This document shows positions 1-12,992 of a stretch of 64,000 bases of DNA, in pieces. A program made the translations under genes and the position numbers. The stretch spans positions 106,454,001-106,518,000 of the forward strand of contig NC_043002.1 in the NCBI RefSeq assembly GCF_006345805.1. The letters run 5' to 3'. The notes below the pieces were generated by a model. It worked only from the letters and a program-made list of their open reading frames with translations, was not told the DNA's origin and did no database searches. The stretch comes from Octopus sinensis. Its lineage: Eukaryota. How positions within the stretch are numbered: position 1 is the stretch's first letter; each line of letters starts with the position of its first letter.

Positions 1-798
1 CACCTCGCAATTTGTTTTCAATTTGTTAGATACACATATTGTTCTATTTGTTATAAATAATGTTTGCTCTTCCCATTGATAATGTTGAAGAAGACATATT
101 TTTCTTGCTTGCCAGATCGATTTATATATTTATACATTTTGCCTTTTGTCTTTTTGTTGTGGTGTCTGTCACATACTTCATTATAAAAATAATGAATCTT
201 GTCAAACAATCCACTGTATTTCAGTGACTGGCTTCTTTTGTCATTCACAAAAGCCTCGAAACCAAAATCTTTCTTACACCTTCCTCTTCAGATAATAGCA
301 ATTTATAACATAGACACAAAGCCAAAATTGTTGAGGGAAAAATGAATGATGTGGAGTGTATCTAGAGTAAAAGGATATGTTTGACATATTCCGAAAAACG
401 GACAAATTTGTTCAACTGTATTTAAAAAAAGTGTTTCGCTTGTAAAAATGAGTTTCTTATTTAAAATGAAAATGTTATGTATTGTTTGATAAATTATTTA
501 TTAGTTTAAAAAAACATTACTTTTAATATGTGCTCATTGGCGACGGCAAACTTTTTTTTTTAACATTTTTGATTTAATAGTAGCGAAAACAGTCACTGGG
601 AAAAAACTGTTGTAGCAATGTCTACCATATTGAAATGCGTTTCTCAATTTAACAAAAAGGCCTCTTTTGATATGAAGAAGAAAAGGATCCAGGACGACTC
701 GAGAGTCCTGACCCCGCTTCCCCTGCATGTACATGAGCGACTGTATTGGTGAATGGAACGCATCTGTTTGTTTGATACTGTTTTAATTTATACAAAAT

Positions 799-1000
799 AG
801 ATCGCTTGGCCCAGTGGTTAGAAGTATTGGATTCATTATTGTTGGATTATAGATTCGAACCCTAGACCGGCCAACAAGCTGTGTCTCTTGAGCTAGTCAC
901 TTCATTTCACGTTGCTCGATGTACTCAACTGAAAATGAGTTCCAGTGGAACTTGGAAATTAACACTGCAATGAACTTGCATCCGACTCGGTCAGAATATG
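799..1000 (+). mobile_element. Degenerate tRNA-derived SINE related to family C
   Basis: A-box-like TTGGCCCAGTGG, B-box-like GATTCGAACCC, then body GTGTCTCTTGAGCTAGTCACTTCATTTCACGTTGCTC similar to 19359-19680. Confidence 0.65.
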
Positions 1001-1643
1001 GAGAGACTTACAGTTTAAACGATACGTAAACAATATCAAGTTCACCGCGACTCTGGAGAGCGTGGGAAGATCATGAGCAATGTCCCTTTCTCCAGTCGCA
1101 ACAACTTAAAGAAAAGTCAGTATTAAATGATTTCATGAACGACTTGGAATTATAAAAGAAAAGGCAGAATTGTTTGGTTCTCCAAATTTAACGATTTTTC
1201 TTCAATCAAATACCAAAGTTTAATATTTTTGTCGGCAACATTTGAACGTTTGTTTCTGCGATGATATCAGTAACTTGGTTATATAGGTTAACTCGGACTA
1301 TGATCTTCAAGAGCGGAGATTTTCCAGTAACTAATAAAGTGGGACTGAGTGCGGCATATTTGTTGAATGCAACGTAATGTTAACAGTTCAGTTGAATGGT
1401 AAAAGAAAAACCATACTTTTCAGCCGCCATGATTAAGACAGTCTTATTGTACAGGTGTGCAATGCCCATAGCAGACTTCTAATAGTTGTATCTCATATCA
1501 CTGAAACTTATGTCTCACCGAATACAAAGAACACACGTGGAATATTTGTGATGATCTTGAAGCTTTATCATTGTTTCTTGGTTTAAATTTGGACTATTTA
1601 AAGTTTATGTATATTGGGTGTGTCTATAAAAAGCATGATTGTT

Positions 1644-2063
1644 TACTCTTTTTTACTCTTTTACTTGTTTCAGTCATTTGACTGCGGCCATGCTGGAGCA
1701 CCGCCTTTAGTCGAGCAAATCGACCCCGGGACTTATTCTTTGTAAGCCCAGTACTTATTCTATCGGTCTCTTTTTGCCGAACCGCTAAGTGACGGGGACA
1801 TAAACACACCAGCATCGGTTGTCAAGCAATTCTATGGGGGACAAACACAGACACACAAACATATACACTCACATATATATAAATATATACATATATACGA
1901 CAGGCTTCTTTCAGTTTCCGTCTACTAAATCTACTCACAAGGCATTGGTCGGCCCGGGGCTATAGCAGAAGACATTTGCCCAAGATGCCACGCAGTGGGA
2001 CTGAACCCGGAACCATGTGGTTGGTAAGCAAGCTACTTACCACACAGCCACTCCTGCGCCTAT
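1644..2063 (-). mobile_element. tRNA-derived SINE family A, full length, with internal (CA/TA)n
   Basis: Minus 5' end ATAGGCGCAGGAGTGGCTGTGTGG with B-box GGTTCAGTCCC; tail GAAACAAGTAAAAGAGTAAAA; near-identical copies at 38444 and 39486. Confidence 0.9.
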
Positions 2064-2280
2064 TTGTTTAGAATAGAATATATTGTCTGTCAATATAAAG
2101 CGCAACACCTATTTTGAAGGGTTGTTAACAAGTATTGCACTTTACGCAGTTGATGACGACATGTGAAACAAGATCATTAGCAAAGTTATTATCAAAGAGA
2201 TACAGGCTTTGCTGACTTCTTAATCATTCTACTTGATGAGGAGTGCCTTTTTCTACAATAGAGTCAAGAAGTACTTCATG

Positions 2281-2367
<87 letters not shown>

Positions 2368-2392
2368 GTAGATGATAGACAGATAGATAGAA
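2281..2392. repeat. (GATA)n microsatellite
   Basis: Direct reading. Confidence 0.95.
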
Positions 2393-3093
2393 ATAAAAAA
2401 AGAAAAGAAGCTGAAAATACATTTAACATCTTGAGAAGGGCAGTCATCTATGTAATGTTTCCAATTTTTTAATAAGCGTTTATATAAACTGATGCCGAAC
2501 TTTACTCTAAATTGTTAATATAGTTGTATTTCTAGGTATGTCATGAGCAAATTGACGTAAGTTGGGACAAACTTTGTACCCATCGCAGTCCTAAATGTTG
2601 TGTGTAAATGCTAGATTGGAAGTTTAAAAACTTATTTTACCGGACAAAATAATTTTTTTCAGTAATTAACTTTCTTTCTACTCACTGGGGAATTTTTTTG
2701 GCATGAATTCCATTACTTCTAAACCATAATCACTTGAGATATTAGTATAGAGGTCCACATATTCGAAACGTTCATTCCGTTCATTCCGTTCGCATTATAT
2801 CGACCCATAGTAAGCTGGATGTTTATTATTTATTCAATTATTTCCCTCAAATTCAATTCCATTCTTCTCCAGTTAATGAAGTGTATTGTAAAATACTGAA
2901 ATATAAGTTTATATTCCAGTTTAAAATAATATTTTCTTTGTGCGACGACATACTCGAAATTTTTGCATTCTATCCCGTATTCTTCACATAGGCATTGTTA
3001 TTATCCCAATAATAAATTTATAATCGTTTATTGAAAATTTTCAATGAAAAATATATTGGTAATAGATGAGTAGGGAAGTGTACTGCAAAGGAT

Positions 3094-3315
3094 ATGTGTG
3101 TGTGTGCGTGTGAGCGTGTGTGTGTGTGTGTGTGTGCATGTGTATATATATATATATATGCATGTGAATCACTGAATCATTGCATGTGTGTGTATTTGTA
3201 TATGTGTGTACGCACATAAGGAAATCTTAAAATAAACATATATAGACATACAGTCAAACAGACACACACACACGGGCAGACAGACAGACATATAGATAGC
3301 TAGATAGATAGCTAA

Positions 3316-3347
<32 letters not shown>

Positions 3348-3399
3348 TAGATAGATAGAAGATAGATAGATAGATAGACAGAAAGACAGACAGACAGAC

Positions 3400-3457
<58 letters not shown>

Positions 3458-3482
3458 TAGATAGATAGATAGATAGATAGAT
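3094..3482. repeat. Compound (GT)n/(TA)n and (GACA)n/(GATA)n microsatellites
   Basis: Direct reading. Confidence 0.9.
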
Positions 3483-3649
3483 GTGTAATCAATAAAGTCA
3501 TTACACAGTTTCATTGTGTCACGAAAGCACGTCTAATCGATCAACTGTCAGCAAGGATCGATTAGACATGTGCTTTCGTAACCACGTGCTTTTGTGTCAA
3601 TGAAATTTTTGAGTAGTGAGTATATGGGCCATTGAGATATTAGTATAGA

Positions 3650-3668
3650 AATCTGTATATATATATAT

Positions 3669-3706
<38 letters not shown>

Positions 3707-3930
3707 TAGTTAGATAGATAGATAGATATATGTATATATATTCTACACACGCACACATTGGTGTGTGTACATATATATATATATATATACATATACATAC
3801 ACATATATACATACATATATACATAGATATATATGTGTGTGTGTATATATATATATGTGTGTGTGTGTGTATGTATGTATACATACATACATACATATGT
3901 ATGTATGTATGTATGTATGTATATGTATAA
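3650..3930. repeat. Compound (TA)n/(GA)n/(GT)n/(TATG)n microsatellite
   Basis: Direct reading. Confidence 0.9.
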
Positions 3931-4459
3931 ATATATAAGGCAAAATATGCCGAATATGCTCCTTTGTCACTTCCATTATAGCCTTGCAAACAAAAATAAC
4001 CGTTAAAATCGAACTGCACTCTTCAAAACTTGCACTAAGAATAAGTGCAATGTAAAATTACTTCCTGCTTTTATAGCAAGTTGATGCAGGTAGTTTACGC
4101 CATCCCCCTTCCGACTCTTAGTTCGTGCAATTGAAAAAACCGCATTACTTATGGGATGACCCAAGATATATATATATATATACTCCTAAGGCACAGGACT
4201 TAATTAGCCATTGGACGCGAGGCGACAGCATGTTTGTATGACATTATGGCTAGTCCATACTCAGTGGTCAGCTTCAGCTCCAAGTCTTATATGTCCTGGC
4301 TATAGGACCACCCACTGCTTGACCCGTAACTAGAGCCTTTGGTAGGTTTTACCAACCAAGACCAGAACAGTTCTGGTTGTAGTGAATGACGGGTAACACA
4401 GGCAGACAGATAGGTAGGTAGATAGATAGACTGACAGACACACACACACGCACACTTAC

Positions 4460-4591
4460 GTACATACATTACATATATACATGCATACATACATACACGC
4501 ATGCATGCATGCATGTATACATACATACATGCATACATACATACATAAATACATAAATACATACACACACATACATGCATACATGCATGCA

Positions 4592-4622
<31 letters not shown>

Positions 4623-5521
4623 GCAAACATGCATACATACATACATACACACATACGCACATACATACATGCATGCATGCATTCATACATACATACATAC
4701 ATACATGCATGCATACATACATGCATGCATGCATGCATGCTTACACACATACGTACATGCATACATACATACATACACACATACACACACATACATACAT
4801 ACATGCATGCATACATAAATACATACATGCATGCATGCATGCATACATATACACACACACATACATACATACATACATACATACATACATACATACATAC
4901 ATACATACATGCATGCATACATACATGCATGCATACATACATACATGCATGCATGTATATATACATACACACACACCTATGCATACATACATACATACAC
5001 ACACATACATGCATGCATGCATACATGCATACATAAATACATACATACATACATACATGCATGCATGCATGCATACATACATATATACATACATACATAC
5101 ACACATACATACATGCATACATGCATACATACATACATGCATGCATACATACATACATACATACATACATACATACATACATACATACATGCATGCATAC
5201 ATACATATATACATACATACATACATACACACATACATACATACATACATGCATGCATACATACATACATATATACATACATACATACATACATACATAC
5301 ATGCATGCATGCATACATACATACATATATACATACATACATACATACACACATACATACATACATACATGCATACATACATACATACATACATACATAC
5401 ATACATACATACATACATACATGCATGCATGCATGCATACATACATATATACATACATACATACATACACACATACATACATGCATGCATGCATGCATGC
5501 ATACATACATACATACATACA

Positions 5522-5551
<30 letters not shown>
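4460..5551. repeat. ~1.1 kb (CATA)n/(CATG)n array
   Basis: Direct reading; source of the MYVC and HTYI low-complexity ORFs. Confidence 0.95.
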
Positions 5552-5552
<1 letters not shown>

Positions 5553-5965
5553 GAACAGCTGCCCTTGAGGCACGATATAATTACAAAGTTTATTTACAAA
5601 GCTACCTGCTAGAAAGACTGCCCTGACATATACATGAAAGGTTTGTCAGAACCAACAGGTATTCACACTTTTAAAAACAAGGCATGCTGGTGGAACACCC
5701 CAATAAAAACATCAATTCGGTGCGAACATAACAGACTTGTTGTGTGTGACAGGGAACAAAGGTCATGCGCTGTTGTAGAGGTCAACTGCCCAGCGGATGT
5801 CAATGTACAATTAAAAGTCCAGGAGAAAGAGAACATTTATGGCGAATTAATGCGGAACGTACAGCTCTTGCACCCTGACTATGAATTCTCATTTGTACCT
5901 GCTGCCATAGGTGCTTTAGGTTATGTACCAAGAAATTTTAACGAAAACTTAAAAATACTTGGTTT
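5553..5965 (+). mobile_element. 3' fragment of an RLE-type non-LTR retrotransposon (R4/NeSL-like)
   Basis: Translations RHDIITKFIY, WWNTPIKTSIRCEHNR, VVEVNCPADVNVQLKVQEKENIY and VPAAIGALG match the RHD and PD-(D/E)xK region; frameshifted. Confidence 0.8.
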
Positions 5966-6202
5966 TGGGATTTGGTTTACAAGATTCTTTATTTGAGTTC
6001 GTGTGTTGAAGCATATTCTGTTGTATCTGGGGAGAGTCATTTTCTTTTTGTGCATTATAATTTAACACACTCACCGGTAAAATTTCCACTTGTTTCTTAT
6101 TTTGTGGGGTTTTAATAAGAAATAAATGGAAATTTTACCGGTGAGTGTGTTAAATTATAAGGCACAAAAAGAAAACGACTCTCCTCAGACACAATAGAAA
6201 TA
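5963..6202. mobile_element. Inverted (palindromic) pair of a Penelope-like repeat, arms ~88 bp
   Basis: 6014-6102 is the reverse complement of 6114-6202; same family at 10512-10742 and 39340-39485. Confidence 0.75.
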
Positions 6203-6654
6203 CTTGGTTTCACGGAAAAAGAGCAAAAGTAACTGACACGGATTCTCCAAATCCAATCCATTAGTGGCACAGTGAAGATTTGTAAGACATTCCAAAAATT
6301 CTGTCTGAGATTCTTGTGTGAATAGAGGCACAATAAAGCATCAAATCTGTACAGCCATAGCAGATTCTTATATGAATAGAGGCACACACTTGGGTGTATG
6401 TATCGACACTTCAACCAACAGAACCAACTCAACCGCATATTTACAAGCGATCGGCTTGATCTCTCTCTCTCTCAAGAAGAACTTTAATTAAACTCAAAGA
6501 AAAATCATTCATACATAGTCCTCGATTTATTTTGGTCTGTGCAGATTTTTCTTTAAGTTAGCTACACACTCTTCGAATTTTCTCCATTCACATTTTATTG
6601 CATGGGTGTATGTGTGCGTGCGTGTGTGCGTGTGTGCGTGCGTGTGTGTGTGTG

Positions 6655-6812
6655 TGTGTGTTGGTTGTGTGGTAAAAAGCTTGTTCCCAACTTCATGGCT
6701 CTGGGTTCAGTCACACTGCGTGACACCTTGGGTAGTGTTTTCTGCTATAACCTCGGGCCGACAAAGCCTTGTGAGCGGATTTGATAGACGGAAACTGAAA
6801 GAAGCCTGTTGT
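6655..6812 (+). mobile_element. SINE family A head fragment, diverged
   Basis: GGTTGTGTGGTAAAAAGCTTG...GGGTTCAGTCACACTGCG...GAAACTGAAAGAAGCCTG. Confidence 0.8.
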
Positions 6813-6839
6813 ATATATATATATATATATATATATATA

Positions 6840-7095
6840 CCAAATAATTTAGGAAAGTGGGTTATTTCCCTTGGTTTTTAACATAAAATATATTAGATAT
6901 ATATAAGGATGGATCCGTTCCAGGGGGCCTATTATCGATTTTTTCAACAAACTGAGTATGCCATGAGGTTGCGAGACGTGAGTTCTACTCACGTGTCAAG
7001 TTTCATCAAAATCGATAAAACGATGTAGGAGGAGTTAGCTAACAACGCCACAAACACACCCACGGACAGAATTTCCCACATATCGAGTAGACTAG
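6840..7095 (+). mobile_element. Non-autonomous Helitron-like repeat, copy 1
   Basis: Closely similar to 7682-7932; AAGTTTCATCAAAATCG...GGAGGAGTTAG...ACAGA...GTAGACTAG resembles non-autonomous Helitron 3' ends. Confidence 0.55.
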
Positions 7096-7681
7096 CTGAA
7101 GTATCTGGTAATTCCAGGGAAAGTGGGGCTTATCCCTTGGTTCCGTTCTCTTAATTGTTTCGCTAATCCAATGACAACAATACAAAGTATGTAGCCCTTA
7201 AAACGGCTTTTGTGCATTTACAGAGATTACCGAACTGCCTTGCACAGGATCTTGCTTTTAGGAATTCCCAATAAGTTATGAATACCCAAATTGTGAAGTC
7301 AATTATGTAATAACATGAAATTAGTTACCCAATAGTAAAAATTCAAATAAAGTAGCCCCGAAAAAGGCTTTAATGCGTTCCCAGATTATATAGAACATAG
7401 GAGGAAATACTAATAAGGTATGTATGTTAAAATCGTGGAGTATGTTACGTAATAATTCAAAGTAAAATAACTCTGAAAAGGGCTTTTGTGCGTTCCCAGA
7501 GAATATTACCCTCAACGGTGCAAGGGTTGGTATATTCGTGAATAAGTCACTAACCGGAAATAAGTGGAACTATTGTTTAGGAATTTACTATTTACTTGTT
7601 TAAGGGTTGTTCCTGGATAAATTGCAAAAATAACTCTAACAACTCAAATACTAAGAAATAAGCATACTCAATTTGATTTAT

Positions 7682-7932
7682 ACCAAATAATTTAGGAAAG
7701 TGATTAGGTTAAAATCTGGGCAAATGGGTTATTTCCCTAAGTTGTTAATATGAAATATATTAAATATATATAAGGATCCGTGCCAGGGACCTTATTATCG
7801 ATTTTTTTAACAATCTGAGACATGAGTTCTACTCACGTGTTAAGTTTCAAAATCGATAAAATGATGTAGAAGTTAGCTAACAACTCCATAAACACACCCA
7901 CAGACAGATTTTCCCACACATGTAGTAGAGAT
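7682..7932 (+). mobile_element. Non-autonomous Helitron-like repeat, copy 2
   Basis: Diverged direct copy of 6840-7095. Confidence 0.55.
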
Positions 7933-7939
7933 ATTAGGA

Positions 7940-8110
7940 AGTTGATTGTTCAGGTCGGCCAAAGAGTGACCATAGTCTTTGCACCTATAAAGCACTTGTA
8001 GAGAGGTTATGCGCCTTCGGCCATTTGAGCCTGGCGAGTCGCCTATAGGGCTAAGTGCTTTATAAGTGCCAAACCAACGCTCACTTTCTGACCAGCCAGA
8101 ACAGTCAACT
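7940..8110. mobile_element. MITE-like imperfect palindrome
   Basis: AGTTGATTGTTC/GAACAGTCAACT termini and internal GCACCTATAAAGCACTT/AAGTGCTTTATAAGTGC. Confidence 0.55.
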
Positions 8111-8180
8111 ATCTATAAATATATACTACTGTTTCTGTTTTTAATATATGCACTTGTAACAATATATATATATATAATAT

Positions 8181-8235
<55 letters not shown>

Positions 8236-8742
8236 CAAATGAAAGACGGAAGATGGAATGCACGAGAATTTATCATTAATCACGACAATTGTTTCGACAC
8301 ATCTAGCATCAATTCCTCTTGTGTTGGACACTCAACAACTGGTTCAGGAGCATCCGGTGGTGCAGATGTATCTCGTCGGGTGATAAATAAATACAACCCG
8401 CAATGTAACTTCCCGTTTTGTAGAGAGAAAAGCAGCCAGACGGAGGAAATATCTTCATTTATATTGAAGATCAGAAATAAAATCACCGATGGCAAATAGA
8501 GAAACGAACACGCAATCCAGCGAGAAAAGTATTAAAAATATTCGTTAACAGGTATGGATGTATAAACGCCCTCGGGTAAGCTGCATGGCGCTAGTACACT
8601 CGCTCATACAAGCATCCGCAAAAATGTGAGCATGCGCACACGTGAGGTTTGGTGCACTCGTGATCACAAAGCGAGTTAGTTATTTACTTGGTGTTTATAA
8701 GAATGGGGAGGTTTAAAATAAACTTAAGTCATCCATACTTTA

Positions 8743-8743
<1 letters not shown>

Positions 8744-8802
<59 letters not shown>
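8744..8802. repeat. (TAG)n microsatellite
   Basis: Direct reading. Confidence 0.95.
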
Positions 8803-8803
<1 letters not shown>

Positions 8804-9110
8804 CACGCCGGTCAGTTGAATGTTCCTACCCGGTTTCTTATCACAGTTCACAGAGTGGCAAGCAAAGCAGATACACCTCCAGATTTCGCCACCCCCGCCC
8901 GACCCTCATCCGACTTCCTTGTTTTTTCTTCCTACAAAAACATTTACCTGAAGACGCCTAGGCTGGGCATCAGCCATACAAGTCCCAATAGTTTGGGGCG
9001 GAGGGAGGGAAGCCCGGGTCAGAGGTCAGAGAAACTGTCTCTACTATCTCCGAATTCACCATAGATGGCAGCGGGGATGGAATCAAGTGATTATAGAGTT
9101 TAAGGAAGAG

Positions 9111-9169
<59 letters not shown>

Positions 9170-9231
9170 GAGCGAGAGAAATGAGAAATTAAAATGACAA
9201 TGAAATAAACAATTATGTTATGAACTACATT

Positions 9232-9312
9232 AGCTTACAGTTGTTTCCGCTGTAAGATGACATGCACACATAGTTGAGTGCTTGCGTATCACCCTACAGC
9301 TTCATCAGAGCT
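9232..9312 (-). ncRNA. Type I hammerhead ribozyme motif
   Basis: Minus: AGCT-CUGAUGA-A-[12-bp stem II GCUGUAGGGUGA/UCAUCUUACAGC]-G-GAAAC-AACU-GUA-AGCT. Confidence 0.7.
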
Positions 9313-9649
9313 TCAAACATAGAGCGCAATTTCTTATTACTGCTCTGTACTCAACTGACTCTTTGTTCTGAAGCTTATGCATATTGAGCTCTAACGAAAT
9401 AATAAAATATATGTATATATGTATGCATGTATGTATGTATGTATGTATGTATGTATGTATGTATGTATGTATGTATGTGTGTATGTATGTATGTATGTGT
9501 GTATGTATGTATGTATTCAAGGTGTTGTTCTTACCTCCGATACCTTCTTATACAATCAGGGCCCCGTGTTCCTTAACCCTGGGAATAACTCACATTTACT
9601 TAATACGGCCAATATCCGATTTCGAGGGGACGATCATAATATATAATGA

Positions 9650-9795
9650 TCTGACTACCACCTCTACTATTACTATTACTACCACTACCACAACTACTAC
9701 CACCGCTATTTCTACTTTAACCCAAACCTTTTCTACTATTACTACTACTGCTGCTGTTACTGCTGCTGCTGTTACTGTTGCTGCTGCTGCTGCTG

Positions 9796-9827
<32 letters not shown>

Positions 9828-10000
9828 GTTGCCACTTAAAAACCATTACAGACCACTACCACCGCAATCACCACGTCAGCCACCACCTCTACCACCACCA
9901 TTACTACTACTACAACCTTCACCTTAACTCCTACTAATACCACCCCCATCTTTACCCCCCCCCACCTTCAACACACGACTACCTCCACCTCCGCCGCCAC
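9650..10000. repeat. Compound (CTA)n/(CTG)n/(CCA)n trinucleotide repeat
   Basis: Direct reading. Confidence 0.9.
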
Positions 10001-10175
10001 CATAAACCTGTGCATACCATTCATTTCCTGCCTTCCAATAAAATATCCTCTACAACCAACCAGTTTTATCTGTTTGCCACTTAATCATTTGGTACAGAGA
10101 TTACTTCAACAGCCCCCACCCCTACCACCACCTTCTCTCCCCCCCGCCACTTTCCTTCCCTCTCTGTTTCGCTCT

Positions 10176-10208
<33 letters not shown>

Positions 10209-10511
10209 AGACACTCGTACACGCACATACACATTACACACAAATGTTGTTGTTACTGCTGTTGTACAACCATCTATCAGGAGCTTCAGATTGTCAAATG
10301 TTTCCGGGTGTCGCTCCACTCAGTTTGCGGGTAATTTGGGGGGGAGGGGGAACTCTTGAGACAAACCTTTTAGCTTACACACACATACACATGCATGAAC
10401 ACACACACACACACAAACACACACAAACACACACACATACAAACTCATTCATACACGAGCTGATGCAATAATACTCAAAACTGGATGTAGAGTGTAAAAT
10501 TTATTCATTTG

Positions 10512-10742
10512 CTGTTGTGTCTGGAGAGAGTCATTTTTCTTTTTGTGCCTTATGATTTAACACACGCACTGGTAAAATTTCCACTTATTTCTTATTTTTT
10601 TAAATAAGAAATAAGTGGAAATTTTACCGGTGAGTGTGTTACATTATAAGGCACAAAAAGAAAATGACTCTCCCAAGACACAACAGAATATGCTTCAACA
10701 CACGAACTCATATAAAGAATCTTGCAAACCAAATCCCAAAAC
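10512..10742. mobile_element. Inverted pair of the same Penelope-like repeat as 5963-6202
   Basis: Arms symmetric about ~10600; right arm extends further. Confidence 0.75.
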
Positions 10743-11559
10743 GAAATATTATTCATTTGCGATCTGCCAAAATTCATATCTGGAGCCAAAATGATGGAAA
10801 GAGCAGTTTTTTTTTTGGGGGGGGGGATTAGCATAAATCTCGCATTGAAGAAATGTATAAATCCTTTCTCGTCCAGGTATGACTTTGATGAGACAGAAGA
10901 TAATTCTCAGGACAGCAACTGCCAGTTTATCAGGATGAGATGAGTTATTTTCCTTCTCCAGAGAAACAAATATACTCCAGAGAAACAAGTATACTCCACA
11001 GCACACGAAAGGATAAACACGTGGAATATATCGAGAACACAGGTATGTCACAAAATCATCAATAGGGTTGATGCGAAAGTTGATTGCGGTTGTTTAAGAT
11101 TGCAGATACTTAAGCACAGTAATGGAATTGCGAATAATGCGCAACATTCCCAGCGCTACTGTTCTCTAAGCATCAAATGCCTGGAACAAAGCTGTATTGA
11201 GCTGTCGTCCTAAACACCAAAAGGACACAGAAGACAATATATCAAATTCGCGAAAAACAAATTTAAAACCTGATACTCACAAAACATTTCATTCGGACAA
11301 AATAAGAAAACTTCCACTTCGCTTTCAATACTTGTAGGGAGATTATAAGTAACCCTACCTTCAGGTGAAATATTGCCGAAAAGGAAAAATATATAAACGG
11401 GCGAGATGGCAGATGCAACTTGTGCTCGAAAGAAAACTTAGAATTATGACTCCGCACTAGGAAACATCGTAAACGAAACAGAAGACACATTTTTCGTTGT
11501 TCACATTCGACGCTCTTCAATCGTGAAGACTTCAAGCGCATTCTTATTTCAACAAGAGT

Positions 11560-11980
11560 CCAGTTACCTCCCAGTTAGCTATAAACACAAAACCTTCTCT
11601 TACTCACTCCCTCCTTCCTCTTCTCCTTTCTCTTCTCTCCGCACCATGTACTTATTACACCACTATTTACGTTACGCACCGCATCGAAATCCTTACCCCT
11701 GATATCGAAATCTCTCTCCTTCCACTCTGTACAGGGCATAACTCATATACTGCCATACATCCATGGGCTGCCTGCACATGCGACCATACAATAACACACT
11801 AAGATGGTATGAACTTTCAGTGACGTACCATAACAAAGTCTTCCCATTGCAAACCACGAGAGGACCACCCTCACCACACTATCATCACACCATATGCCTT
11901 CTATACAAAATGCCACGCAGCTACTATGAAATCACACAATCCCTCCACTTGAACACTACTTTGCTAAAATACTTGTAATG
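11560..11980 (+). mobile_element. Highly degenerate LINE (CR1/Jockey-like) 3' remnant
   Basis: C/A-rich sequence with weak resemblance to post-RT LINE tails; many disablements. Confidence 0.3.
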
Positions 11981-12118
11981 TGCGCTCGCTTTTTTTCTTG
12001 CTCCACTTACACATACATACATGCATGCTCACACACACGAATATACACGCATGCATTCATGCATATCTGAATATATATATCCATACATACATAAACCCAT
12101 ACATATTTACATAATTAC

Positions 12119-12206
<88 letters not shown>

Positions 12207-12410
12207 TATATAAAGTTAATCCAAACAAGAAAACAAAAAGACAACAACGCAAGGATGTGGAACAAATAAAGTATTATTGGACGCTCAGGAAAGAAGGGAA
12301 CAAGGAGGGTTTGACGTTTCGAGCGGAGCTCTTCGTCGGAAACATTGGAGAAGGAAGGATCCCGAGACGGGAGGACAGAGGAAAAAAAATCGCCGATGGT
12401 ATTCACGAGG

Positions 12411-12500
<90 letters not shown>

Positions 12501-12557
12501 GTATGTATGTATATATATATATATGTATGTATATATATGTGTGTGTGTTTTTTCTGT

Positions 12558-12695
12558 GTCCCTTTCTGTAGAAGAGCGTAGGCTCGAAACGTAAAAGACT
12601 TTTTCTATTCCTGAGCGTTATACTAATACATCTGTTTGTTTTGTACACCACCTGTCTTCGTCTTTTGTTGTTTTTTTTCGTAAACTCTCCCTATA
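12558..12695 (+). mobile_element. Penelope-like terminal repeat fragment with variant hammerhead motif
   Basis: CTGTAGA-A-GAGC-GTAG-GCTC-GAAAC-GTA-AAAGAC at 12566-12599. Confidence 0.5.
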
Positions 12696-12740
12696 TATAA
12701 TATATATATATATTATATATATATACACACACATATGTGT

Positions 12741-12741
12741 A

Positions 12742-12792
<51 letters not shown>

Positions 12793-12992
12793 GGGCGACA
12801 GCACCAGCAGCAGCAGAAGAAGAAGAAGCAACAGCAGCAGCAGAAGAAGAAGCAGAAGAAGAAGAAGAAGCAGAAGAAGAAGAAGAAGAAGAAGAAGAAG
12901 AAGAAGAAGAAGAAGAAGAAGAAGAAGAAGAAGAAGAAGAAGAAGAAGAAGAAGAAGAAGAAGAAAGAAGAAGGAGAAGAGCAACAGCAACA
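12741..12992. repeat. (TAG)n followed by (GCA)n/(GAA)n
   Basis: Direct reading; source of the poly-E, poly-R and poly-L ORFs. Confidence 0.95.

Noticed and set aside
20-290. Possible RLE LINE remnant (minus ORF 51-248)
   Set aside because: Resemblance too weak to support without alignment
4287-5612. Long ORFs (up to 357 aa) of MYVC/HTYI repeats
   Set aside because: Translations of the (CATA)n array
8948-8970. CTGAAGA-CGCC...GGGC (HHR-like)
   Set aside because: Missing the GAAA core and cleavage triplet
9050-9075. CTCF-like CCATAGATGGCAGC
   Set aside because: Partial match only, expected by chance
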